From: Octopus sinensis
Taxonomy: Eukaryota
Direction of reading: 5' to 3'
Assembly: GCF_006345805.1 (NCBI RefSeq)
Contig: NC_043006.1
Location: forward strand, 84,320,001-84,384,000
Length of the DNA: 64,000 bases
In this document: positions 22,991 to 36,257 of the stretch, piece after piece
Position numbering within the stretch: position 1 is the stretch's first letter
How the letters are laid out: every line of letters starts with the position of its first letter
The notes under the pieces: model-generated
Databases searched by the model: none
Told to the model about the DNA's origin: nothing
The model's input: only the letters and a program-made list of their open reading frames with translations
Made by a program: the position numbers and the translations under genes

Positions 22991-24022
22991 GGCAAATCGA
23001 CATATAAACTTTTGACTCTTTTTCCTAATTACGATCGTAGTTATCGTCATATTACGTCGTTTCTTGTCCATACGCCCAAGTGTCGTTACATTTTAATCAT
23101 TACATTAGATCTAAGGAAAAATGTCAGGACAGTTAACCGAATAGCATCTTGAACACTTGACATAATTTTCTCTCTACTGTCATGTATTGTTCTCCCTATA
23201 GACGTTGCAAGATATGTTTTGGCAAATCCAGTTTTACTTTTGCATCAAGTCTTTTTAAAATATTAAGTTTAATACCCAGAGTAATCTTTTTACGGTTCCT
23301 TCTCGACAAACTGACTTCAGGTCTACTTGACAGCTTTTCTCCAGAAATCTTAAATTGAGGCAAATCCAACAGTAGCGGCGATTAATAACCCTCAACAAAT
23401 ATGTAGTAAAAATAAATTGGTCCAGGAAAGATTTGCTTTCTGAGAGCAGAAGATTGTCGTATAACATTCATACACACATTCACAGTTACAAACAATCAGA
23501 CAAACAGGCAGACAGAGACAGACAGACGCACACACACACACATGCATTCACACATACACTCATGCATGCACAAGTGTAACACGCGAGCAGTCTGTTGTAG
23601 CCAACTGAGTTCAAAAGTCAGTGGGTTGATAGTGATGATGATGTTGGTTGCATTGGTTTCGATGTTTACTGATGCTGGGTAGGCGTTGTTGGTGTTTTTA
23701 GTGGCCATGTTGTCGATGCTAACTGTATTGTGGCTGTTTAGTTAGAAGTCAACCCTCGTAAACCTAAGATCAAAGACAAATCATTCAACTTTTAAAATAC
23801 ACTAGGATACCACATCGTATATATTTTTATTTGAAATGGATTTGGAAGTGGGCATTGTGCTAAGAAGAAAGAGCAGTTTTACATAGTTGACAAATTAAAA
23901 CTACGCAATACTAGTTTCGGTGAAAGCGAAATTACAGACAGATTCCTGGAATTAACGGTCATACTTTACAATTTTCGAAAGTGCGAAACTCCGTAACCCG
24001 AGGAAGCCGTAACGCGAGGAAA

Positions 24023-24064
<42 letters not shown>

Positions 24065-24067
<3 letters not shown>

Positions 24068-24381
24068 CGTACGAATGGTTGTGTGGTAAGGAGCTTACTT
24101 ACCAGCCACATGGTTCCGGGTTCAGTCCCACAGCGTGACACCTTTGGCAAGTGTCTTCTACTATAACCCCAAGCCGAACAAAGCCTTGTGAGTGGAATTG
24201 GAAGAGGGAAACTGAAAGAAGCCCGTCGTATATATATGTGTGTGTGTGTATGTGTGTTTGTCCCCCTACCAACGCTTGACACCCGAAGGTGGTGTGTTTA
24301 CGTCCCCGTAACACAGCGGTTCGACGAAAGACCCCGATAGAATAAGTACTAGGCTTATAAAGAATAAGTTCTTGGATCGAC
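24065..24381 (+). mobile_element. SINE family B
   Basis: Head atggttgtgtggtaaggagcttacttaccagccacatggttccgggttcagtccc. Confidence 0.85.
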
Positions 24382-24778
24382 CTAACTCCAGGACGAAAGC
24401 CGCGGGGAGTTGTCCACATTTTCGGAAATCTTTACATCAAAATTGGAGAACCTAGCTATCAAGCAAAGGAATACAACTCGCCCGGCCATATTTTTAAAGA
24501 GGATTATTTCTTGAACATTTTCACCGGCGTTCTTGTGTTTTAAAACAAACATTCTTTGCAGAGAACGGTTACTGTTTAGAGAAACTGAAGAGATGTCTAG
24601 TTCACGCTAGATATGAAACCAACGGTTTATTTCTTAACTTACGTTACACATACACTGAAGAAAGAAAACTTCGAATGACCCGTCATCGTTTTCTTTGTAT
24701 CGCCCATCTGGATGTTTTGTTGTCCCATTTTTGTATCACCTAACTGTCCGAAATGATTTGCATTCTAGTCCCATTTTG

Positions 24779-24816
<38 letters not shown>

Positions 24817-25267
24817 AGAAAAAAAAAGTCAAGGTAGAAAATGCTAAAATAATTTTTGAAAACATTTCAGTACCGGTTTCAGTCATTGAGATATTTTCAA
24901 CTGTAGCAATTAAACAATTAAACTTAGAAAGATAAAGAGAAAGAGAAAGAGAGAAAGAGAGAGAACAGGAAAAGGTTTAGTGATCCAAACTGGTGTGCTG
25001 TATAAGTGCTCCAATTGATAAGCCAATTGGATCTAAGTTCACAACGGGGGCCGGAGCTGGGGATCCGCAGCCTACTTCCGAGTCAGCAGGTATAAATTAA
25101 AGGAAGAGGAAAACAAAACCAAGGCAGGACAATCTTATCAGATCATTTAAATAATCTTAATTATATATAAATACATACACACACACACATAAATATATAC
25201 ATACATATATATATATATATGTATATATATATGTGTATATATATATATATTATATATATATATATAT

Positions 25268-25314
<47 letters not shown>

Positions 25315-25397
25315 ATATTATATATACGTATATGCATGTACATACCTGTATAGATATATACATACACATACACACGCACACACACAGATATATATAT

Positions 25398-25450
<53 letters not shown>

Positions 25451-25451
25451 T

Positions 25452-25900
25452 ATCCATCCATCTGTCTTCGCTGACCATTATTCCTGTGAGGGTGATAGGA
25501 GTAATGTCTTCAGGCACCTCCACTAAAGGGTCCTACAGATATTATGCAACTCTCACGTTCTTGGTCTACCCCTAAGGTCTCCTACCGGTTGGATCAGGTT
25601 GAAGAATTCGTCTTGCGATTCTTTTTTGCGGCATTCTAATCCCGTGTTCGCAGTAGCAGAGCTGTGATTTCTCAATCCAGAGAAGTAGGGGTGCGGTTCG
25701 ATCTGGGGAGAGAGCCTGCTCTACGAGCCACACAATCAGTCGATAAACGTTGCTCCATAGAGCCCTCGAATGAACCCAATTCGACTTCTTACAGAGTATT
25801 TTGCTCGTGTTTTAATTGACAGTATAACTTTAAAATCATAACTGCTCTCTCTGTGCTTCCATACATCTGTCGTCCGTCGCGACTGTCTCATTAAAAGCTG
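25452..25900 (-). pseudogene. 3' remnant of an RTE-clade LINE
   Basis: Minus-strand broken translation ..LLLWIEKSQLCYCEHGIRMPQKRIARRILQPDPTGRRP/RGRPRT.., the typical RTE C terminus, ending in gatggatgg. Confidence 0.75.
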
Positions 25901-25960
25901 ACGAAGTGTTTTAAATACTATTACCTCCCTTCCTTCATCCCCTCTCCTTTTCTCTCTCTC

Positions 25961-26019
<59 letters not shown>

Positions 26020-26609
26020 ACTTCTCAGTCACACTTTTATTGGATGTAATATGATACATTAGATGAGCAGTAATAGGCAGCACAGTAATAGTGAGATTGT
26101 CAAAGCTCATCTTACAACAGCTAACATTAGAAAAGAGATAAAAATATATATATGAAAATAAAAATTAAAAATAATAAATAAAATGACAAAAATAAAAAAA
26201 ACTAAAAATTCCCGCCCAACCCATTCCACTCTGGAAGCCATTTTGTTTTAATGTTGTTTTTGCTAAGTGTTTTGACCTCCTGTTGAAACAGAATGCCCTC
26301 TGATCTGCTGATTATTGCTAATACTCAGAAGATAGATGAGACTGCGACACTTGTATACTTAATAAAGGAATTCTTATTTATTTATTCATTTATTTATAAT
26401 ATTTCTTTCCTTGTTATTTTGTTTTTAATTGACGATCCGTTATAAGATTTGTTTTTTTTTCTTTGTTTTATTTACTTATGTAGTGTATTTTTTAAAGCTT
26501 GTCATTTATTATTTCTGTTTATTGTTGCTACAATTCATTTTTTTTATTCTGGAAGATCTTTATAATTTTTATACTGATAAAAATGTTGACGTTGAAAAAA
26601 ATACCGTAG

Positions 26610-26664
<55 letters not shown>

Positions 26665-27012
26665 GTGTACGTGTGTGTGTTATATGTATATGTATGTATA
26701 CATGCACACACATGCATTTCTATATACATGCAGATATGCAAATGTTTGCATACACATACACATAAATATGCATTATCTGTAAATATATGCATATATATAT
26801 GTGTGTGTGTATGTACGTATATGTGTGTTTATATATATATATTTATATATATATATGTATACATGCATACACACACACACACACACACACACACATATGT
26901 TTACCGTATGTATGCATACATCTATAAAATCTCTACTTATCTATACGCCCACACATGTACGCGCGCGCACACACGCACACATATAAACATTGTGATTGCT
27001 CTGTCATGGTGT

Positions 27013-27385
27013 GAAGGCGCGTGGCTTAGTGGTTAGCGTTGTTGCACTCTCGATCTTGTGATGATGGTTTCGATTCGCGAATCGGTCGGTGCGTTGTGTT
27101 TTTTGAGCAAAATATTGGGTTGTCTGGAAAGTTGTCCGGAAAGTCCGTAACGGAAAGAAAAAGGTCAATAAATACTTGCCATTACATTTTTAATCAACCA
27201 AATATGAACCATTTTGTTGCACCATGCGTCTCCATCTTTCCTTTAACTAGAAAATACTCTCTTTCAGAATTGTGGTGCCTGGGAGGGTAAGTCGAAAAGT
27301 AAGCTACTATAAATCGGCACAAACTTTCCGGACAACCCAATATTTCATTTCACCTTGCTCTGCGACCACTTTGCCGTCTGACGCG
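27013..27385 (+). mobile_element. tRNA-derived SINE family C, split by a mariner-type MITE
   Basis: The head ggcgcgtggcttagtggttag..gtttcgattc matches 52705-52925. The sequence resumes (tttcatttcacc) after 27342. Confidence 0.75.
27115..27340. mobile_element. Mariner-type non-autonomous element (MITE) with TA duplication
   Basis: TIRs ttgggttgtctggaaagtt / aactttccggacaacccaa, flanked by TA at 27113-14 and 27341-42. Confidence 0.85.
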
Positions 27386-27441
27386 TGGTCTCTTTGCCCC
27401 TTGGTACTTACTTCACCGGTACTCTGATACTTGATTTTTAT

Positions 27442-27467
27442 CCTAACCCTAACCCTAACCCTAACCC
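27442..27467 (-). repeat. Interstitial telomeric repeat (TTAGGG)x~4 within a SINE A fragment
   Basis: cctaaccctaaccctaaccctaaccc read directly. Confidence 0.85.
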
Positions 27468-27628
27468 GAGAGGATGAAAGGCAAAGTTGATCAGAGAAAG
27501 ACAAAATTTGGACGCAGAACGCAAAGATCAGGAACAAATACCACAGAGCATCTTCGACTCTCTAAAGAATCTCCCAAGGATGAACATGAAAATGGTGGCG
27601 ACGATAATAATGATGACTATGGTAATGG

Positions 27629-27659
<31 letters not shown>

Positions 27660-28292
27660 CGTTATTGATAATGAAAACGACAACGATGATGATGATGATG
27701 ATGATATGATGATGACGTTGGTAACAATGATGGTGTTGTTGTTGATGATGATGATGATGACTTCTTGCATAATAACCAAAACATAAATTACAAATGCAAG
27801 GACGCATATGCATGATAAGTGATCATTATTTGTTCAATGATGGCGTTGTTGATATTGAGGGAATTAAATATAGGAGAATTATAACACGTATCTGATTACA
27901 CCCACAAACGACCAAAAATGCCAATATATTAAAATCGTGACTCCAGATATGTATGATATTTTCAGACAGAAATATTTTTGCAACACTGTCGTAAGTGAGA
28001 CTTACTCCACTTTTGAAAAATGCTAAGCCGTTGTACTATACTTTGACAATTTTCAGATCTTGGCATCTGAAGCAGTTGAAGATACGACAGCTTGACCAAA
28101 AGAACCGGCTATTGCAAGTAAAATTAAATATGAAAAAACGCATTTCATCAAATTTGGAGAAGGAAGAAAAAGAGGAGGAAGAAAAATAAAACTCTCTGAT
28201 ATGATGTATTTAAATCAATGACAGTTTTCTGATTAACATAAAATGACATTCCTAACGATTTATATAAAGACTGTGTTTTAATTAATTTCTAT

Positions 28293-28845
28293 GTCAATCA
28301 CATAGCCTCCTTCCGACATATGGACAAAAGTAAAGCTACTAAGTTGGCTAGATACGTATGGACTTTGAAAGATAACAAAACACTGCATGGGATTAATTGG
28401 AAAGTAATTGAGAAATCCATACCTTATGTGAATGGATTGAATAAATGTAGACTTTGTTTGGCTGAAAGAGAGCAGATCCTGTTCAGATCTAAGATCCCTA
28501 ACTCTCTAATGAACTCTAGGTCAGAAACGTTCAGTAGTTGCATTCATATGTATAAACATATTTTGAAGAACAAGGAAAATTCTGCCTATTCTTGACTGGT
28601 ATCTTTCCAGTCTTATCATTTAGGGTCTAAGGGAGCTCTTTTACCTTTTTTACTTTTTGTCTTTTACGTTTCAGTTTCTGTTTTTCGTTTTCCGTTGTTT
28701 ATTGTCTGCATTTTCTATATGCTGCATTCTGAATTTTTTCGCGTTTCCTCTGTCATTCAATTTCTTTATTTCGTTATGATATGTGGTATGTGTCTGAAGA
28801 ATATATCTGAGTTTTCTCAACATATGAAACTATTAGTAGCGCTTT
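28293..28845 (+). mobile_element. Penelope-like element 3' end: endonuclease C-terminal remnant plus terminal repeat with hammerhead
   Basis: NHIASFRHMDKSKATKLARYVWTLKD...INWKVI..PY..CRLCLAEREQIL..LMNSRSE.FSSCIH resembles the C-terminal part of PLE GIY-YIG endonucleases (family knowledge; the GIY/YIG motifs themselves are not present). Hammerhead ~200 bp downstream. Confidence 0.75.
28790..28842 (+). ncRNA. Type I hammerhead ribozyme, CpG-decayed stem I
   Basis: GTGT-CTGAAGA-ATAT..ATAT-GAAA-CT-att-AG-TA-GCGC; GUA triplet. Confidence 0.65.
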
Positions 28846-28859
28846 AATACATGTATTGT

Positions 28860-28922
<63 letters not shown>

Positions 28923-29235
28923 TTGCCAACTAAGTGTAGCGTCCTATATGAGACAGTGCTACTGATGTTTATAGCCCCAGGAAGACATCTCCAGCTGGTT
29001 AACGACACACCGATTAGTATTTGCGAGGGGAGCTCATCGATCCCATCTCTAGCCTTACGTGATACACACGGACTCGAGTTTCTGGGTGGTTACTCGTTCT
29101 CGGCATGTATTAATCACCGGCTAGTGACGGAAGCTCATTCCACTCGCAAATTACTATATATATATTTTCTAGCATATATGCACGTATGTATGCATGCATA
29201 CATGTATGTATGTATGTATGTATGTATGTATGTAG

Positions 29236-29266
<31 letters not shown>

Positions 29267-29298
29267 TGTATGTATGTATGTATGTATGTATGTATGTA

Positions 29299-29431
29299 TA
29301 TCAGTTACCGTCCACCAAATCCAGTCGCTTTGGTAGGCTCGTGGGGTATAGTAAAAGATACATGTCCGTGGTACTATGCAGTGGGAATGAACCCAGAACC
29401 GGGTGGTTAGGAAGCCAACTTTTTACCACAG
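29299..29431 (-). mobile_element. SINE family B 5' fragment
   Basis: Homology to the family B head. Confidence 0.7.
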
Positions 29432-30280
29432 TGTTCGTTTTATTTGCGAATTGGCCGCTACTTGAATCTTCATAGGAGTCTACTATTTCGGACGGATTAG
29501 AATGAAGTATCCGGTCGGAGACATCTTTGATGGTATTCTAGCATTACATAAATTTTACGCTGTGAAGCTATTATTCCGTCGGCCACAGAGTCAAGTAGAG
29601 TATGAATTTGAGACGACACTTGTGCCTTGTTTATTTGTTTAAGTAGAATACATATGTATGGGGCTGATAGCGAGGCTACTGGATACCAGCTGAGAGGTCA
29701 ACACCTAGTATCCTGAACCATATACTGACCTTGTGTTTTGCTTGTAATCTCTAACAGAAGAAAGTGCAGACGATACAGTGTCACCTTGTTTGACGTCGTT
29801 ACAGGAAACCTACTCTGTTGCAAGCATTCCAGCTAAGTCTCCGTTCAGAGGATAACTGAATCAAATTCTCCTCAAACAAAAAAAAAAACAGGGCCTAATA
29901 TGGATCATTTGGAACTGCCTTTGACGAACTCATTCAAAGAAAGAAAAGAAAAAAAAGATGGTGGAGCTTGAAGAGACAACATTAAGGGACGTAGCCAAAT
30001 TAACAAAGGGTTGTATTCTTTATTTGGTATTCGATCGTTTCTGACAATCACCGCCCTTAGACATGTATATAACGAGTCGCAGAACGAGACTCTGTATGGC
30101 CGTTGGATCTGCTAGCAATAACATTTAAAGCTCCGTCCTACCACACACTCTGAAGTCTTTTTCTTTACTATTTTGCCTCCTGGTTTATACAAGATGTCCA
30201 CAAAAATACTCCCCGATTTCATGACGCTATAATATCTAAAGTAATTAAAATATATTGATAATAATTTCTTTTATTTTCAA

Positions 30281-30545
30281 GGCATAGGAGTGGCTGTGTG
30301 GTAAGTAGCTTGCTAACGAACCACATGGTTCCGGGTTCAGTCCCTCTGTGTGGTATCTCGTGAGTGGATTTGGTAGACGGAAACTGAAAGAAGCTCGTAT
30401 ATATGCGAAAGAGTGGATGTGTGATAAGAAGCTTGCTTACCAACCACATGGTTCATGGTCCAGTCCCACTGCGTGTCTTGTACTATAGACTCGGGCCAAC
30501 CAACGCCTTGTGAGCGGATTTAGAAGATGGAAACTGAAAGACGCC

Positions 30546-30610
<65 letters not shown>

Positions 30611-30705
30611 GGTGTGTGTGTGTGTGTTTCCCCCCTACCATCGCTTGACAACCGATGTTGGTGTATTTACGGCCCCGTAACTTGATAGAATAAGTACTAG
30701 GCTTA
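30281..30705 (+). mobile_element. SINE family B with two tandem heads
   Basis: The head motif aaccacatggttc occurs at ~30319 and ~30442. Confidence 0.75.
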
Positions 30706-31384
30706 CAATATTGTATGCATTTGGTATGAATGCGAAGTAAGAGAGGCAATACAGCGGCATAATATAATGCATCGTGGTATCTGTTTCATATCAAGGAGTT
30801 CTGAGTTCAAATCCCGCCTAGATAAAAAATAAATCTAACCTAGGCGGAATATTTGCGAGATATTTATAATTCATGTTAGATATAATCACCCACTCTTGCA
30901 AATCTTCTTCATCTTATTCTATAGTTTCAGAAATATTCTTAACTCTTGAACTGAACGAAAGTTCGAGAAGTCTGTATTGGCAGCTAATCAACGTGAAATC
31001 TCGAAATTATTCCAGAAACCATAGGAAAGAAAAGAATCAAGTTGAATTTGCAACCGAGAAATAACATGTTACGTGTCGTTAGACCCGTGTCATGTGACAT
31101 CATATACAAGCGAGGCTTTCAGTCGAAAGCTCTAAAAGTACTAAGAGACATGCTGCGTAAATACTAATATAGGCGTACATACAGCCACACGTTGATTTGA
31201 TATATGTTTCTCTGACACAGCTGTAGCTGTCGGTTATCATAAGATTTCATTCCCGGTTTTGCCTGTGACACATATTCTGTTGCATGACGCCATTTTACAT
31301 GATAAATGCGATAAAGCGTAAACTTGATAATGCTTCTTCGGTTGTTTTGTCAGTTAGATAGGGATTGTTTATGTGTCTGTGTGT

Positions 31385-31405
31385 GGGTGAGAGAGAAAGA
31401 GAGGG

Positions 31406-31482
<77 letters not shown>

Positions 31483-31800
31483 AAGAGAGAGAGAGACAGA
31501 CAGACAGAAAGAGAGACAGACAGAAGAGAGAGAGAGACAGAAAGAGAGAGAGACAGACAGACAGACTGAAGAGAGAGAGAGAGAGTGTGTGTGTGTGAAA
31601 GAGTGAATGAAAGAATGTGTATGTGAGAGCGTGTGTGTGTGTGTTTGGTAGAAAGAGAAGGAGAAAGAGAGGGAAATGAGAGAGAGAGAGATACAAAGAG
31701 GCAGAGAGATACAAACAGAAAAGAGAGAGAGTGTGTGTATGTGTGTGTGCGTGCGAAAGAGTGAATGAAAGAATATGTATGTGAGAGCGTGTGTGTGTAT
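31385..31800. repeat. (GA)/(GACA)/(GT) compound microsatellite
   Basis: Direct reading. Confidence 0.9.
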
Positions 31801-32181
31801 GTTTGGTAGTACGTATAGTTATATAATGAAGGTGAGATATAGAGAGGGCGAGTGAACACTAGCGATATTAGACACATGTAGCAATATTAGAAACATGTAG
31901 CGATATAGTCAGATAGGTCTTGATGCGTATGTATGTATTCGTATGCATGTGCACACACACACACTCTTGCACACGCACACACACACATGATTTCGGAACA
32001 AGAATAGTACTGGTAGTGACTACGAAGTTTCGGCCAGCTAAACCATCATCGAACTGTGCCGAAGCTTCAAAGACACTGTCAATATTATTCTGGTTAAAGA
32101 ATAATAAATTTGTACTGTACCAAAGTATCGAATGACACTTTAGTTTAACGCAAAATTGATTTCATTATAACTTGACGTAAA

Positions 32182-32560
32182 AAAAAAAAACAGACGGCTG
32201 AGTGGTAAGTAGCTTGCTTGCCAACCACAGGGTTCCGGGTTCAGTCCCACTGCATGGCACCTTGGGCAAGTGTCTTCTACTGTAGCCTCGGGCCGACCAA
32301 AGCCTTGTGAGTGGATTTGGTAGACGGAAACTGAAAGAAGCCCGTCGTATATATGTATATATATATATATATATGTTTGTGTGTCTGTGTTTGTCCCCCC
32401 CACCAACATCGCTTGACAACCGATGCTGGTGTGTTTACGTCCCCGTAACTTAGCAGTTCGGCAAAAGAGACCGATAGAATAAGTACTATGCTTACAAAGA
32501 ATAAGTCCTGGGGTCGATTTGCTCGACTAAAGGTGGTGCTCCAGCATGACCACAGTAAAG
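32182..32560 (+). mobile_element. SINE family B, full length
   Basis: Complete head, body and tail. Confidence 0.88.
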
Positions 32561-32627
32561 AGAGAGTATGTACTGGAATAAGCAGATGTCTTTCTAGAGA
32601 ACATAGCTTGAACTGCGTGTGAAGGAG

Positions 32628-32672
<45 letters not shown>

Positions 32673-33384
32673 ACACACATATGCTATAATTCATTTAAGT
32701 TTTATATTCTTATAAGAAGACAAATGTGTATTAAAAAACGTATGTAAGAATGTGGTGTACACGCCTAAGTACATTTGTCACATGGCCAAGTCACGTGCTT
32801 CTTTTAGCGTATTTTCTTCTTTTTGGTTATACTCATTCTTTCGCGCTATATGAAGGAGGAAGGAGAAACCAGTGGCTGCGCTTAGACAGGTGCAACTGAT
32901 AGTAAGAGAAAGGCTGTTGGATTAGAGAGATAAATAAATAGACGGGTGATTGACAGTGTCACACACACTCTCTCACACACATAAATACACAAAGACACAT
33001 CTATAAGTGAAATTACGACAGCCATAAGTTTATATAATTTGCTCCTACGTCCGTTTCACCGTTGTGATTGTTTGGAACTCTGCATTGGATGTACAAATTG
33101 CAGTTTGATGCCTAACCAAAATGGATCATCAGGAACAGTTTATTTCATTATGTTACAGAGAACCAATGTCATAATTACTAATACTATTAAATACAGTAGT
33201 TACTGGAAGCAGACTGGATGATGATAATCTACGTAGAGCTCTAAAGTTAACAGTAGCAACCATACATCTATTTGTACACACGCGATATGCTATATTTAAT
33301 ATGCACATACATACACATATGCACATATATATAATTATATACAGTATCTACAGGACATTCTCTCTCCCTTTCTCTCTCCCTCTC

Positions 33385-33545
33385 TCTGTCTAACGACACG
33401 TGTGCCGTTGGCGATTTCTTCACTACCTTTGGACTTTTCCCTTTCACCTTTCCGACAAAGAGCTATGCTCAAAACATCAAACTCTCTCCTTTCACCGAGT
33501 GTCAAGCTAATACATTTCTTGTACACGTCGTCACGTTGATTTTTT
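33385..33545 (+). mobile_element. Penelope-like terminal-repeat fragment with decayed hammerhead (same family as 60965-61160)
   Basis: gtgtgccgttggcgattt...ccgacaaagagctatgctcaaaacatcaaac aligns to the minus strand of 60965-61160. Confidence 0.55.
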
Positions 33546-33624
33546 TTTCGTTTTTTTTTATTCGTTTATTAGAATTATTTGCTTATTTAAATCGACTATA
33601 TATACAAGACATACTATATACTAC

Positions 33625-33661
<37 letters not shown>

Positions 33662-33720
33662 TTAGGTATACAGGACGTACAATATATATATATACTCACA
33701 CACACACACACACACACACA

Positions 33721-34279
33721 CACTGTAATGCCGCGATATATGAACTAATTCGTTCCCGGAGACCACTCGTAAAACGAAAACTTGTAAAGCAGAGCAATAA
33801 TTTCCCATAGTAGCAATGTTAGAAATCGTAATTCGTTCCCTATAAAATTTATAATACTCGTATTCAAATGGCAAGAAAACAATAGTAGAATGTGAAGAAT
33901 ATTTTATGTACAGTAAAAAGAAAGTCAAGATCATTTATAATAATAAAAAAAATTATATGTATTATCGTTTTCTGAATCACTTTCCTTCGCACAAGACTTG
34001 AGCATACCATCACTTGCAGGCGCGGTCGACGATTCACAAGCACTCGTGGACGAACTTATAGATTTCTTTTTACAAAGCAAGTCTAAAGTTGTTTTGCATA
34101 GAAAAACCTTTTTTGCACTCTCTATAAATTTCTCAGTAACACGCAGAAACATTTGTTATGGTAGTAGAAACTTTTGCATTTCGTTCAAAATTTGGATCTT
34201 GTGTTTGAGAAATTTATAAAATAAAACTTACAATACCGGTCTTTCGTAAAGCAGGTCCACGTAAATCGAGGCATAGCTG
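33721..34279 (-). mobile_element. Tigger-like non-autonomous DNA transposon
   Basis: Imperfect TIRs cactgtaatgccgcgatatatgaac / gtccacgtaaatcgaggcatagctg followed by TA. The internal minus ORF has KTTLDL, like Tigger C termini. Confidence 0.6.
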
Positions 34280-34807
34280 TATATATATAAACATGTAAAC
34301 ACAAATATTTAAGCATACGTGTATACATGTACAAACTGTTTATATGTGTGGGTGAAAGTTTGTATACATACAGAAACGCGCAAACACACACGCACACACA
34401 TACACACTGACACACACATACACACTGACACACACACACACACTAACACACACACTGACACAAACACGCACACACACATTCATACGTATCTACACACATA
34501 ACTCATATATATATATATATATATATATACATACATATATGAACGTAGATACACGTCTAATACATCTGATACACTCTCCACACACTTTACTGTTTTTTTG
34601 TTTAGATATTATCTTTTACAAGTTCATCTTAACCGTTGAGTAGTTGCGTGCGCGCGTGTGCGAGTGAGTGACTGTGTGTGTGTATGTGTGTGTGTTTATT
34701 TCTACTTTCATTCTCTTATTTCTTTCTATATTTCCTATCTCCTCCTTTTCCATAATAATTCTTTATTTCGAACTCAAATATGTACCTCTATTTAACCATC
34801 TCACATC

Positions 34808-34855
34808 GTCTCTGATGAAGGGATATCCATAATATCCCAGAAACAGCTGTAAGAC
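34808..34855 (+). ncRNA. Minimal type I hammerhead ribozyme (PLE type)
   Basis: GTCT-CTGATGA-A-GGGATAT-ccata-ATATCCC-A-GAAA-CAGCTG-TA-AGAC: stem I 4 bp, stem II 7 bp, palindromic stem III, GUA triplet. Confidence 0.75.
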
Positions 34856-34929
34856 TATATCTTTATCTTCTTCCTTATAAATGTCCTGAAAAACTCCTCA
34901 CAGCCTTGGCTTTGTTATCTCATTTTGTC

Positions 34930-35420
34930 TAGGCCATGCTGGAGCACCGCCTTTAGTCGAACAAATCGACCCCAGGACTTATTCTTTGTAAGCCTAGTAC
35001 TTATTCTATCGGTCTTTTGCCAGACTGCTAAGTTACGGGGACGTGTCAAGCGATGGTGTGGGCGGGGGCAAACACACACACACGCACACACACACACAAG
35101 AAATTCGCCTTGCAAGCATTAAATCTCAGGTACGATTCTGCAAAGTCACTTCTACTATGGCCCTTGTAAGTAAATTAGGTAGGTGGAAACTGTGCAGAAG
35201 ACCATCGTATATAAATGTGTGTGTGCGCGCATGTGTGTATGTGTGTGTGTATGTCTTTGTGTTTGTTCCCCCAACGTTTGACGACCACCCATTGATTTAT
35301 GTCCCTTCAACTTAGTAAAGAAAAGAATAGAATATTTGGGTTTGTTCGATCGACTAAATCCCTTCAAGGCGCACCCCCACCCCCACTGAATTCGCTGTCC
35401 ATGGACTGAAACGAGTAAAT
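34930..35420. mobile_element. SINE family B fragments in opposite orientations (34930-35060 minus, 35135-35420 plus)
   Basis: Homology to the family B body and tail. Confidence 0.65.
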
Positions 35421-35457
35421 ACAATAAAAATAACACGAACATTTTAGAAATACAATA

Positions 35458-35679
35458 TTAGTTTCAAATTTTGGCGCAAGCCAGCAATTTTGGGCTGGGG
35501 GTTAAGTCAATGTGATCCACCTCAGAACTCAACTGCTACTTATTTTAATGATCCCGAAAAAAAAAAAGTCAAAGGAAAAGTCCATCTCGGCGGAATTTGA
35601 ACCCGGAACGTAAAGACGAACGAAATACCGCTAAGGATTTTACCCGGCGTGCTAATCAATCTGCCAGCTCGCCGCCTTA
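35458..35679 (-). mobile_element. SINE family A, full length
   Basis: Family core plus head. Confidence 0.85.
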
Positions 35680-36257
35680 TTTTTAGAAATATATCAACTT
35701 AACTTCACGCATCGAGTTGTTTCTTCAGTTTATATTTTAGTTATTATATCTAAAAAAAAAAGAGAAAGAAATACAATAAAAATATATGAAGGTCATTTTA
35801 AATATTTGCATAACCATGAATATTTTCCATCAGGTTATATAATGAAATTTATTTAAATTAACTATTATATTCTAATACATATTTTGTATCCTTTATTTTA
35901 AAAGATAATAAAAGCGACGATATTTCATCTTAATTATACTATGAATTTTTTAAAAGCGTTTCTAACTAAAATTAATTCTGTTTAAAGATAAAACAATTTT
36001 TTTACAGATATTATGCGAAAATAGTTAGACATTCTCCTTCGTATAGCAAGTCTTCTCAATTCGCCCATATATCAATCCTTTCTGAAATTAGACCGCTTTC
36101 AAATTCAGGGGTCTTTATATTCGTAAGTTCGCAAACCGCTTGAATTATTTATACGATCTCACGTATTTCAAACATCCTCCATCATAATCAACTTTTTTTT
36201 TTCACTAATCTTTCACCTCACATATATATTTTTTTACTTCCTATTTCTTTCGAATCT

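Noticed and set aside
30814-30847. Short inverted repeat ccgcctag...ctaggcgg
   Set aside because: An 8-bp stem at a broken SINE A fragment; likely a repair by-product.
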